From a virus (Duplodnaviria > Caudoviricetes), in the IMG/VR virus record IMGVR_UViG_3300017761_004934, positions 1-40,427 of that record: a stretch of 40,427 bases of DNA. One strand, written 5' to 3'. Both the position numbers and the translations under genes were made by a program. Shown piece by piece: positions 1-8,430 of this stretch (positions are counted from its first letter, which is position 1; each line of letters opens with the position of its first letter). The notes under the pieces were generated by a model. That model had not been told where the DNA came from, ran no database searches, and was given only the letters and a program-made list of their open reading frames with translations.

Positions 1-2
1 AG

Positions 3-61
3 AGATTCTATCGCTAAGGTTCCCATCCTTACAATCTGTGAAAGTCAGATCGACAGAATCT
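3..61. other. Three-way-junction RNA secondary structure upstream of the SPOUT methyltransferase gene
   Basis: 3-13 AGATTCTATCG pairs with 51-61 CGACAGAATCT (one A-C mismatch, which is G-U on the minus strand). It encloses TAAGG/CCTTA (15-19/27-31) and ATCTG/CAGAT (34-38/46-50), each with a 7-nt loop, and is followed by a T-rich tract. Confidence 0.45.
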
Positions 62-79
62 TTTTATTTTGGAGGTTTT

Positions 80-604
80 ATGCGAAAGACTCGTCGTGAT
101 CGTTATAATGCAAAGCTTGCAAGTGGTAAAATTAAGACATTTCCATTTTCTATTTGTGCAGTAAACTTTCAATGTGACGAAAACATCGCATATCTTATTA
201 GAACTGCTGCCTGTTTTGGTCTACAAGATGTTCATGTGATTGGGTCACTTCCAGATTATGAAGATGTTCGCCGTAAGTCTGGAACACTTCATGATTTTGT
301 AAATATTCACCAATACAGCAACCCATCTCAGTTTCTTGATTATGCCCGTCGTACTAAGATGTGTGTTATAAGTATTGAACTGACTGATGAAGCAGTTAAT
401 CTTCATAACGTAGACTTTAGCTCGTTACTTAATGAACACAAGCACATCTGTTTTGTTGTAGGAAATGAAACTACTGGCGTTCCAGCAGAAATCACCCATA
501 CTACTTCAAATGTTTATATTCCCATGCCAGGAGTAGGTGCTTGTCTAAACACAAGTCAAGCTGCTAACATTGTAATTTATGAAGCAGTCAAGCAAATGAG
601 CTAA
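80..604 (+). CDS. SpoU/TrmH-family (SPOUT) RNA 2'-O-ribose methyltransferase
   Basis: SPOUT motifs ENIAYLIRTAACFG, VVGNETTGV and IPMPGVGACLNTSQA. Start moved from 38 to ATG 80 because GGAGG lies at 71-75. Confidence 0.88.
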   Translation: MRKTRRDRYNAKLASGKIKTFPFSICAVNFQCDENIAYLIRTAACFGLQDVHVIGSLPDYEDVRRKSGTLHDFVNIHQYSNPSQFLDYARRTKMCVISIELTDEAVNLHNVDFSSLLNEHKHICFVVGNETTGVPAEITHTTSNVYIPMPGVGACLNTSQAANIVIYEAVKQMS

Positions 605-609
605 AATTG

Positions 610-652
610 CCTCCAAAAAAGTTGTGACTATTTATTCAAACAACAAAGGAGG
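610..652 (+). promoter_or_regulatory. RBS-sequestering hairpin containing a candidate late promoter
   Basis: CCTCC 610-614 is complementary to the SD GGAGG 648-652. GTTG 621-624 pairs with CAAC 641-644. ACTATTTAT lies at 627-635 between the arms. Confidence 0.5.
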
Positions 653-660
653 TTTTCAAT

Positions 661-1173
661 ATGTTGTTTTTACTATTTTTAGCTTGTAAAGAGGCCGAAC
701 AAATTCCAATTGATGGTTTTTGTGAAGATGAAGTAAGCGTTACAGAAATTGCTTACGGGCTTACTGACGAGCAAAAAGAGGTTTCACATGTAATTGAAGA
801 AGAATTCAATGAAATGGAAATACCATCCAATATTACTGCTGCTGCAATTGTAAACGCTATTGCAGAAAGTAGATTAAATCCTAATGCAATAGGTGATAAT
901 GGAAAAGCGGTAGGAGCCTTTCAATTACATAAAAATGGTTTAGGAAAAAACCTATCTGTTAAAGAAAGAAAAAATATTCATACAAGTGCTAATATTGTTG
1001 GTGTTCAAATATTAAAAAATGATAAGCTATATGAATTGGATAATAATAATGCACAAATATCATTATTATCAGAAGTGATTGCAGAAGAAATAATGAAACC
1101 AGACGATATTAAAAAGCAAAAGTTTAAAAGAAGTAAATTAGCAAGTCAGATATTTCCAGAAAGAATCTGGTAA
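661..1173 (+). CDS. Lysozyme-fold peptidoglycan hydrolase (phage tail lysozyme/lytic transglycosylase-like) with a putative lipoprotein signal
   Basis: AAAIVNAIAESRLNPNAIGDNGKAVGAFQ carries the catalytic ES and the G-x-x-Q motif. N-terminus MLFLLFLAC is lipobox-like. SD GGAGG upstream. Confidence 0.7.
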   Translation: MLFLLFLACKEAEQIPIDGFCEDEVSVTEIAYGLTDEQKEVSHVIEEEFNEMEIPSNITAAAIVNAIAESRLNPNAIGDNGKAVGAFQLHKNGLGKNLSVKERKNIHTSANIVGVQILKNDKLYELDNNNAQISLLSEVIAEEIMKPDDIKKQKFKRSKLASQIFPERIW

Positions 1174-1175
1174 CT

Positions 1176-1208
1176 AAAAACCCAAGGTGTAAAAACCTTG
1201 GGTTTTTT
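1176..1208 (+). terminator. Rho-independent terminator, probably bidirectional
   Basis: AAAAACCCAAGG-TGTAAAAA-CCTTGGGTTTTTT immediately after the stop at 1173. Confidence 0.85.
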
Positions 1209-1210
1209 AT

Positions 1211-1245
1211 TTGACACAATCTAAAAATAGATTTATACTATTTAT
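1211..1245 (+). promoter_or_regulatory. Sigma70-type promoter overlapped by a candidate late-promoter motif
   Basis: TTGACA 1211-1216, 17-nt spacer, TATACT 1234-1239. ACTATTTAT at 1237-1245. Inverted repeat AATCTA-N4-TAGATT at 1218-1233 in the spacer. Confidence 0.75.
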
Positions 1246-1265
1246 ATTAGCTCAACAGGATTTAA

Positions 1266-2582
1266 ATGGCTAAAAAAACATATGTATTAGATACTTCCGC
1301 ACTTATTACAGATACTGATTGTGTAAATGGATATGGAAATAATGATATTCTTATTCCAATTAAAGTATTAGAAGAACTAGATAAGCACAAAAAACGTCAA
1401 GATTTGGTTGGTGCAAGTGCAAGAACAGTAATTAGATTCCTAGACTCTCTTCGTTCTAAAGGTTCTTTATATGAGGGTGTAAGATTAGGTAAAGGAAAAG
1501 GTATTCTTAAAGTAAAAGGATACGATCCAAAAATGCAATTCCCACCAGAACTAGATTTGGAAGTTCCAGATCATCAAATTTTAGCTGTTGGGCTTAGTGA
1601 AAAAACAGAAAATAGAAAAGTTATTGTAGTATCTAACGATATTAACATGAGAGTTGTATGTGATTCTATTGGTATGGAATCTGAAGACTGTAACCCAGAG
1701 AAAGTAGTTGAATCAAGTTCTAGTTTGTATCACGGCTTTACAGACATTCTTGTTGATGATGAATTTATTGATAGATTCTATGCTAATGAGAGAATGGAAT
1801 TACCAGAACAAAAAGAGAAACTTTTTGCAAATCAGTATTTAATGTTGATTTCTTCTTTTGATAATAAGAAAACTGCATTAGCTAAATATGTTGGACCAAA
1901 TCAACCATTAGCAAGATTAGCAGCTTTTGGTAAGAAAGGGGTATTTGGAGTAAAACCAAGAAATAAAGAACAAAACTTTGCTCTTGATTTGTTAATGAAT
2001 TCTGACATTCCACTTGTTTCAATTGTAGGAAAAGCAGGCTGTGGTAAAACAATGTTGGCTATTGCTGCTGGGTTAGAGCAAACAGTTGGTTCAATTGATA
2101 ATAAATACTCTCGTTTGATTGTATCCCGTCCAGTTCAACCAATGGGTAAAGATATTGGCTTCCTTCCAGGCACTTTAGAAGAGAAAATGTCTCCTTGGCT
2201 TCGTCCAATTCAAGATAATCTTCAATTCCTTCTTGGAAATGACAAAGTTACCCTTGAAATGTACATGCAAAAAGGTCTAATTGAAGTAGAAGCTATTACA
2301 TACATTCGTGGACGCTCAATAGCCAACGCCTACATCATTATAGACGAGGCACAGAACTTATCCATGCATGAGATCAAAACAATCATTACTCGCGTTGGAG
2401 AGGGTTCTAAGGTCATTCTAACAGGTGACATTGAGCAGATTGATAATGTGTACGTTGACGAGATTACAAATGGTCTTACATACGTTACAGAAAAGTTTAA
2501 ACCATATGACTTAGCTGGTCATGTAACTTTGATGAATGGCGAACGTTCAAAAGTTGCAACATTAGCATCTAAAATACTTTAA
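1266..2582 (+). CDS. phoH: PIN-PhoH fusion protein (PhoH2/YlaK-like ATPase with N-terminal PIN domain)
   Basis: PIN motifs YVLDTS, VLEELD, PDHQIL and SNDINMR. Walker A GKAGCGKT. PhoH motifs DIGFLPG, YIRGRSI, IIDEAQN and TGDIEQID. Confidence 0.95.
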   Translation: MAKKTYVLDTSALITDTDCVNGYGNNDILIPIKVLEELDKHKKRQDLVGASARTVIRFLDSLRSKGSLYEGVRLGKGKGILKVKGYDPKMQFPPELDLEVPDHQILAVGLSEKTENRKVIVVSNDINMRVVCDSIGMESEDCNPEKVVESSSSLYHGFTDILVDDEFIDRFYANERMELPEQKEKLFANQYLMLISSFDNKKTALAKYVGPNQPLARLAAFGKKGVFGVKPRNKEQNFALDLLMNSDIPLVSIVGKAGCGKTMLAIAAGLEQTVGSIDNKYSRLIVSRPVQPMGKDIGFLPGTLEEKMSPWLRPIQDNLQFLLGNDKVTLEMYMQKGLIEVEAITYIRGRSIANAYIIIDEAQNLSMHEIKTIITRVGEGSKVILTGDIEQIDNVYVDEITNGLTYVTEKFKPYDLAGHVTLMNGERSKVATLASKIL

Positions 2583-2591
2583 GAGGATAAA

Positions 2592-2858
2592 ATGAGTTTA
2601 GAAACAGAAAGTGAAGTAGTAACAAAAGATAATCCAATGAAAACTTGGCTAGTTGATTATGTCGGCGAGAAGATGAACGCACAAAATGGTGAAGTTACTG
2701 TAGAGATGATTGTCGAAGCTATGTCAAAAGAATTTCCAGATTTCTTACTGCTTGTAGCGCAGGAAAATTGGTTAAGAGGTTATGAGCAAGCTTTATATGA
2801 TGTTGACTATGGAGATTTGAAGAAAAATGAACAAAATTCTTCTGGAATACATGAGTAA
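2592..2858 (+). CDS. Hypothetical protein
   Basis: 88-aa ORF with SD GAGGA, in operon context; no recognised motif. Confidence 0.7.
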   Translation: MSLETESEVVTKDNPMKTWLVDYVGEKMNAQNGEVTVEMIVEAMSKEFPDFLLLVAQENWLRGYEQALYDVDYGDLKKNEQNSSGIHE

Positions 2859-3546
2859 GTCTTCAACATCTGCAAAAAGACAACATAAGGAAAAGTTATT
2901 TTTAAATAATATTCATATTTTTATAAAAGATCAAATAATTGGTGATATAAATATAGATAATGTTTTTAATAAATTAAAACGCTCTATTCCACTACACTTA
3001 TTAAACGGTGTAGAAGCAATATATATAGGACAGTTTAAAGAACTTCAAGATAAAGAAGTAAATGCTGCTTATATGGATGGTGCGTTATATATTACTAACA
3101 TTCAACAAGACGAAGAAAATATGTTAGAAGATATAGTACATGAAGTTGCACATTCCTTAGAAGAATTAGCACAGTTTAATATGTACAACTCTGATGTAGT
3201 ACCAGATGAATTTTTAATAAAAAGACTGAAGCTTCAAAAAATACTTGAAAATAATAAATACAATACATCAAAACAAAACTTTTCTAAACTTGAATATGAT
3301 ATAAAATTTGATAAATATCTTTATGAAGAAGTAGGTTATCCTGCTTTGCATACAATGACTGTTGGTTTATTCTGCTCTCCATATGGTGCTACATCTTTAA
3401 GAGAATATTTTGCTAATGGATTTGAGTTTTATTTTATGAAAAATCGAGAACTTGTAAAAAAAGTTTCACCTCAATTATATAAACTATTAGTTGAAGTAGA
3501 AAAAGGAGAATTCTCAGAACCCACAACTGAAGATATCTCTTATTGA
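2827..3546 (+). CDS. Zincin-like metallopeptidase (anthrax lethal factor/Pro-Pro endopeptidase-like C-terminus)
   Basis: HEVAH (HEXXH) plus downstream YGATSLREYFANGFEFYF...KKVSPQLY, which supplies a third-ligand Glu. Confidence 0.6.
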   Translation: MNKILLEYMSKSSTSAKRQHKEKLFLNNIHIFIKDQIIGDINIDNVFNKLKRSIPLHLLNGVEAIYIGQFKELQDKEVNAAYMDGALYITNIQQDEENMLEDIVHEVAHSLEELAQFNMYNSDVVPDEFLIKRLKLQKILENNKYNTSKQNFSKLEYDIKFDKYLYEEVGYPALHTMTVGLFCSPYGATSLREYFANGFEFYFMKNRELVKKVSPQLYKLLVEVEKGEFSEPTTEDISY

Positions 3547-3571
3547 CCTTTAATATTGTGTGTGTTATGCT
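3543..3571 (+). promoter_or_regulatory. Sigma70-type promoter with extended -10
   Basis: TTGACC 3543-3548, 17-nt spacer, TG-n-TATGCT ending at 3571, followed by SD AAGGA and ATG 3595. Confidence 0.65.
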
Positions 3572-3594
3572 TATGAGACTAAGAAAGGATAAAT

Positions 3595-4368
3595 ATGTCT
3601 CATATTTCGTTTTCTGAACTTAAAGTTTGGAATGAATGCCCTCATAAGCATAAACTACAATACATTGATAAAGTAAAGGTATTTACATCAACTGAATTTA
3701 CATGTTTTGGAATTGCAATACACGAAACATGTGAAAAATCTCTACTTAAAGAGATAAGGGAGGACCAACTTGATGAATACTTTGAAAACAAATTCAAACA
3801 AGAAATCAACATCATTAAAAACCAAGTGGAGATTAACGAAGTATTGGTATTGGATATGGTGGCACAGGGTAAAGCAATCCTCTCTGAGCTTTATGAGAGC
3901 ATTAAAGTATACTTGGGTGAATACGAAGTAATCTCTACAGAAGAACCTTTATTTGAAAGAATCAAAAACATAGACTTTGATTATGATTTTAAAGGTTTTA
4001 TTGATTTGGTACTTAAAACATCAGATGGTAAATATCATATTGTTGATTGGAAGACTTGTTCTTGGGGTTGGGATACAAAGAGGAAATCAGATCCTATGGT
4101 AACTTACCAATTAACTTATTATAAGTATTTTTATGCTCAAAAATTTAATATTGATCCAAAGATGATTGAAACACACTTTGCTCTTCTCAAAAGAACTGCA
4201 AAGAAGAATCGTATTGAATTTTTTAGAGTATCAAGTGGAAATAAAAAAACAGAAAATGCCAATATTCTCTTGACAAAAGCAATTATAGCGATTAAAAATG
4301 GTAAGTATATTAAAAATCGTCTATCTTGTAGTGGCTGCGATTTTTATAAAACAGATTTATGTAAGTGA
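3595..4368 (+). CDS. Cas4/AddB-like PD-(D/E)XK exonuclease with Fe-S cysteines
   Basis: HISFSEL...ECP, GIAIHE, KGFIDLV, IVDWKT, QLTYY and C-terminal CSGCDFYKTDLC (1+3 Cys arrangement). Confidence 0.88.
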   Translation: MSHISFSELKVWNECPHKHKLQYIDKVKVFTSTEFTCFGIAIHETCEKSLLKEIREDQLDEYFENKFKQEINIIKNQVEINEVLVLDMVAQGKAILSELYESIKVYLGEYEVISTEEPLFERIKNIDFDYDFKGFIDLVLKTSDGKYHIVDWKTCSWGWDTKRKSDPMVTYQLTYYKYFYAQKFNIDPKMIETHFALLKRTAKKNRIEFFRVSSGNKKTENANILLTKAIIAIKNGKYIKNRLSCSGCDFYKTDLCK

Positions 4369-4375
4369 GTAATAA

Positions 4376-5626
4376 ATGAATAAAAAGATTAAAATTCTAA
4401 CTCTCTCAGATCATCCATTTTCACCATCTGGGGTTGGAACACAAACGAAATACATAGTAGAAGGCTTGTTGGCTACTGGTAAGTATCAATTCTTATCTCT
4501 TGGTGGTGCAATAAAGCACCAAGATTATAGACCTCAAAAGACTGAGCAGTGGGGTGAAGATTGGACTTTGTTTCCAGTAGATGGATATGGAAACCAAGAT
4601 ATGATTCGTTCTATTATGCGTACCGAAAGACCAGATATAATTTGGTTTATGACAGATCCTCGCTTTTGGGGATGGTTATGGCAAATGGAAAATGAAATTA
4701 GATCTAACATTCCTATGGTTTACTACCATGTTTGGGACAACTATCCTTATCCAACATTTAACCGTAAGTTTTACCTATCAAACGATCATATTGCTACTAT
4801 TTCAAAACTTACAAATGATATAATTGCAACAGTAGCACCAGAAGTACCAAGAACTTATGTACCTCATGCTGTTGATACCAATATCTTCAAGAGATTGCCA
4901 GCAGAAGAAATTACTAGGTTTAAAAAAGAAAATTTAAAGATTGAAGATGATAGATTAATCTTCTTCTGGAACAATAGAAATGCTAGACGTAAGCAATCTG
5001 GATCACTTATTTGGTGGTTTGGTCAATACCTAAAGAAAACAGGTATTAAAGCAACACTTGTAATGCATACAGACCCAAGAGATGTACATGGTCAAGATCT
5101 ACATGCCATAATGAAAGAGTTAGGTCTAGTAAATCGTGAAGTTCTCATATCAGAACAGAAAGTACCACCACAAAATCTTGCATATTTTTATAATGCTGCT
5201 GATGCTACGATAAATATATCAGATGCAGAAGGATTTGGTCTTGCTACTCTTGAATCTCTTGCTTGTGAAACTCCAATTATTGTAACTAAAACAGGTGGAT
5301 TACAAGACCAAGTAAGAAATGGAGATCAGTTATTTGGTATAGAAATAATACCTTCTTCACAAGCAGTAATTGGCTCACAAGAAGTGCCATTTATCTATGA
5401 AGATAGAATAAGTGAAGAGCAAATGGTTGGTGCTCTTGAAACATTTTCAAATATTTCAAAAGAAACAAGAATATTAATTGGACAAGCTGGAAGGCAACAC
5501 GTTATAGATAACTTTAATTTTAATGATTTTATTAATCGTTGGGATAAAATTATGACAGATACATACAATAAAGGTGTATGGTCTGAAAGAAAACACAAAG
5601 GTTGGGAGCTTAAAGAAATCGCATGA
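4376..5626 (+). CDS. GT-B glycosyltransferase (GT4-like)
   Basis: SGVGTQ, VPHAVD, NRNARRK, and AEGFGLATLESLACETPII (E-x7-E motif). Confidence 0.9.
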   Translation: MNKKIKILTLSDHPFSPSGVGTQTKYIVEGLLATGKYQFLSLGGAIKHQDYRPQKTEQWGEDWTLFPVDGYGNQDMIRSIMRTERPDIIWFMTDPRFWGWLWQMENEIRSNIPMVYYHVWDNYPYPTFNRKFYLSNDHIATISKLTNDIIATVAPEVPRTYVPHAVDTNIFKRLPAEEITRFKKENLKIEDDRLIFFWNNRNARRKQSGSLIWWFGQYLKKTGIKATLVMHTDPRDVHGQDLHAIMKELGLVNREVLISEQKVPPQNLAYFYNAADATINISDAEGFGLATLESLACETPIIVTKTGGLQDQVRNGDQLFGIEIIPSSQAVIGSQEVPFIYEDRISEEQMVGALETFSNISKETRILIGQAGRQHVIDNFNFNDFINRWDKIMTDTYNKGVWSERKHKGWELKEIA

Positions 5627-6873
5627 AAAAGAAAATACTAGTTACAGGGCCAGCACTTACTGCCTCTGGCTATGGTGAGCAATCTCGTTTTGCACTCAGA
5701 GCTTTACGTTCAAGAGAAGACCTGTTTGATATATATTTAACTCCTACCGCTTGGGGACAATGTGGGTGGATTCACGAAGATAACGAAGAAAGAAGGTGGC
5801 TAGACTCAGTTATAATGAAAACTGTTCAGTATACACAAGCTTCAAATAACCAACCACAATATGATATGTCGCTTCAAATTACTATTCCAAATGAATGGAA
5901 GAAGATTGCACCAGTAAATATTGGTTACACAGCGGGAATTGAAACCAACAAGATATCTCCACATTGGGTACAACCATCTAACCAAATGGATAAGATTATT
6001 GTTGTGTCTAATTTTGCTAAAAAAGGTTTTGATAATGGTGTGTTTACAGCAACAGATCAAAGAACTGGTCAACAGATTCCAAATTTTAAAGTAACAACAC
6101 CAATTGAAGTTGTTAATTATTCTGTTAGAAAGAATGAGACTACTGATATTAATTTAGATATTACAACTGATTTTAATTTTCTTGTTGTAGCGCAAGCAGG
6201 ACCAAGAAAAAACTTTGCAAATACTCTTAAATGGTTTGTCGAAGAATTTAAAAACGATAATGTTGGTCTTGTTTGTAAGACACATCTTGCAGGAGCTTCA
6301 CAAATAGATAGAGAGGCAATAACAAATAACATTCAACAAATTCTTGCTCCCTATAAAGATAGAAAATGTAAAGTCTATCTTCTTCACGGTGATATGACTG
6401 AAGCAGAAATGGCTTCTCTTTATAAACATCCAAAAATTAAAGCTTTAATATCACTTTCTCATGGCGAAGGGTTTGGTCTACCACTATTTGAAGCTGCTGG
6501 ATATGGACTTTCTATAATTACAACTGAGTGGTCTGGTCATACAGATTTTATGTATTGTGAAAATAAAGAAGGCAAAGTTAAACCACATTTTGCAAGAGTA
6601 GACTTTACACTTCAACCAGTGCAACCAGAAGCGTTGTGGGAAGGGGTAATTGAAAAAGATACTATGTGGGCATTTCCTGTTGGAACATCTGCCAAATCTC
6701 AAATGAGAGCGGTTTATAAAGATCATGACAGATTCCGTGGACAGGCAAAACGACTTGCCATTCATATTGAGAAAGAATTTGCAACAGATAAAATATATGA
6801 AAAATTTGTAAATTCTATTTTTAATAAATTTAAAATTGAAACAACAAATGAACTAAATGAAGTCATATTATAA
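5623..6873 (+). CDS. GT-B glycosyltransferase (GT4-like)
   Basis: SGYGEQSR, GPRKN, SHGEGFGLPLFEAA and WSGHTDF; ATGA overlap with the upstream GT. Confidence 0.9.
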   Translation: MKKKILVTGPALTASGYGEQSRFALRALRSREDLFDIYLTPTAWGQCGWIHEDNEERRWLDSVIMKTVQYTQASNNQPQYDMSLQITIPNEWKKIAPVNIGYTAGIETNKISPHWVQPSNQMDKIIVVSNFAKKGFDNGVFTATDQRTGQQIPNFKVTTPIEVVNYSVRKNETTDINLDITTDFNFLVVAQAGPRKNFANTLKWFVEEFKNDNVGLVCKTHLAGASQIDREAITNNIQQILAPYKDRKCKVYLLHGDMTEAEMASLYKHPKIKALISLSHGEGFGLPLFEAAGYGLSIITTEWSGHTDFMYCENKEGKVKPHFARVDFTLQPVQPEALWEGVIEKDTMWAFPVGTSAKSQMRAVYKDHDRFRGQAKRLAIHIEKEFATDKIYEKFVNSIFNKFKIETTNELNEVIL

Positions 6874-7873
6874 TTGTAATTTATTTGAAAATAATAACTT
6901 TTTAATTTATGAAAATTTTACTGTAGAACAAAAAGAGTTATTATTAAAAAATTATGAAGAACATAATAATAAAGCACATTTTAATAGTATCTTAGTTAAA
7001 TATGCTTGTTATTTTGAAAAAGACAAAACATGGGATAAAAATAAACCAACTATCATTATTTGTGTAAAAGATAATATACAGTTACTAGAAAAAACATTAG
7101 AAAATTTAAATTTTTTTAATGTTAAAAACATATGCAATATTTTTATTGTTGATGATAGGTCTAAACTCAGTTTAAAAAATATTACAAGAAACAATTCTTG
7201 TTCTTATTTAAGAATTGATAACGATAAAGGTTTTAATTTTTCTATGCTTAATAATATAGCTGCTTTTTTATGTTATAAATTAGGTGGAAATGAAATAATA
7301 TTGTGGAATTCTGATTTGTGGTGTGCAAATGAAGAAAATTTAATAAAATTTATACAAAGGCATAGAGAAAATAATTCTACTTTATCTGGTAGCAAATTGT
7401 TATATCCTCCAAAAAATTTATCCTTATATCAAAATGATGATAGTGAAAATATTAAAATTTATTTTCCATCAATGTCTGGAAAATGGAGAGAAACAATACA
7501 ATTTGGCGGTACAGTATGGATAAATGGTAATCCGCATCATGCTTATAGATTTAAAGATAAACACAATAATCTTGTAAATTGTGATAAAGGTGAAACATCC
7601 ATTACAGGAGCGTTTCAAATGATTAATTTAAATGACTTTATTGAATTGGGTGGTTTGAACCCAAGTTTATCAAAAAATTATCAAGATAATGATTTTTGTT
7701 TAAAACTTCTTGAAAATAAAAAATTAATTTTTTATTTTGGTAAAGATATACATTTTTATCATGATGAATCGATAACATTGCTTGCAGAAGGTAAAAATGA
7801 TAAACAATTATTTAGTGATTCTGTTTTATTCTATAAAATATGGAAAGAAAAAATAAACAACTTGGTGTATTAA
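6857..7873 (+). CDS. GT2-family glycosyltransferase (rhamnosyltransferase-like)
   Basis: IIICVKD...VDDRS, FNFSMLNNIAA, LWNSD, TGAFQMI and GGLNPSLSKNYQDNDFCLK. Confidence 0.82.
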   Translation: MKSYYNCNLFENNNFLIYENFTVEQKELLLKNYEEHNNKAHFNSILVKYACYFEKDKTWDKNKPTIIICVKDNIQLLEKTLENLNFFNVKNICNIFIVDDRSKLSLKNITRNNSCSYLRIDNDKGFNFSMLNNIAAFLCYKLGGNEIILWNSDLWCANEENLIKFIQRHRENNSTLSGSKLLYPPKNLSLYQNDDSENIKIYFPSMSGKWRETIQFGGTVWINGNPHHAYRFKDKHNNLVNCDKGETSITGAFQMINLNDFIELGGLNPSLSKNYQDNDFCLKLLENKKLIFYFGKDIHFYHDESITLLAEGKNDKQLFSDSVLFYKIWKEKINNLVY

Positions 7874-8418
7874 TGAATGTAGAAACATTTTTTGATAATG
7901 TAAAATTAATAGAATTAAATAAATTTGATGATAACCGTGGTTGGTTTCTACAATCATATGACGAAAAAATTACTGATTTATTAAAAATAAATTTTGTTCA
8001 AGAAAATATATCATTTTCACGTTTTGGAGTAGCTAGGGGGCTTCACTATCAATGGGAAAAACCTATGGGAAAATTAATACAATGTTTGAATGGTAAAATT
8101 ATAGATATTATTGTAGATATTAGAAAAGATTCTAAAACTTTAGGAGAATCAAAATTTTTCATCCTAGATAAACCAGAAAAATTATTATGGGTTCCACATG
8201 GCTATGCACATGGTTTCATTTCTATGCATAATGATAGTATTGTTAAATATATGTGTGATAACTATTATAATAAAGAAAATGAAAGTGGAATAAATATATT
8301 AGATAATGATTTACAAATTAAACAAAAATTAAAAATAAATATTGACAATATTATTTTATCGGATAAAGATAGAAATGCACAAAGCTTTTTTTCTTATTTA
8401 AAAGAGCCAAAATTTTAA
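7873..8418 (+). CDS. rmlC: dTDP-4-dehydrorhamnose 3,5-epimerase
   Basis: DNRGWF, FVQENISFS, RGLHYQ, VDIRKDS and VPHGYAHGF. Start at ATG 7873 gives TAATG coupling. Confidence 0.93.
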   Translation: MNVETFFDNVKLIELNKFDDNRGWFLQSYDEKITDLLKINFVQENISFSRFGVARGLHYQWEKPMGKLIQCLNGKIIDIIVDIRKDSKTLGESKFFILDKPEKLLWVPHGYAHGFISMHNDSIVKYMCDNYYNKENESGINILDNDLQIKQKLKINIDNIILSDKDRNAQSFFSYLKEPKF

Positions 8419-8430
8419 AGGATAAATAAA

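Noticed and set aside
3-61. tRNA gene, hammerhead ribozyme or RNase P 3' end
   Set aside because: Only two arms and no D-arm or CCA; no CUGANGA core; GACAGAA is not followed by the RNase P CCCGGCUUA-type sequence.
4270-4298. TTGACA near the end of the nuclease gene as a promoter for the GT operon
   Set aside because: The hexamer at 17-nt spacing is TAAAAA, lacking the conserved final T; too weak in such AT-rich DNA.
3595-4368. Cas4-like gene as evidence of CRISPR-Cas
   Set aside because: No repeat-spacer array or other cas genes are visible; stand-alone Cas4-like nucleases are common in phages.
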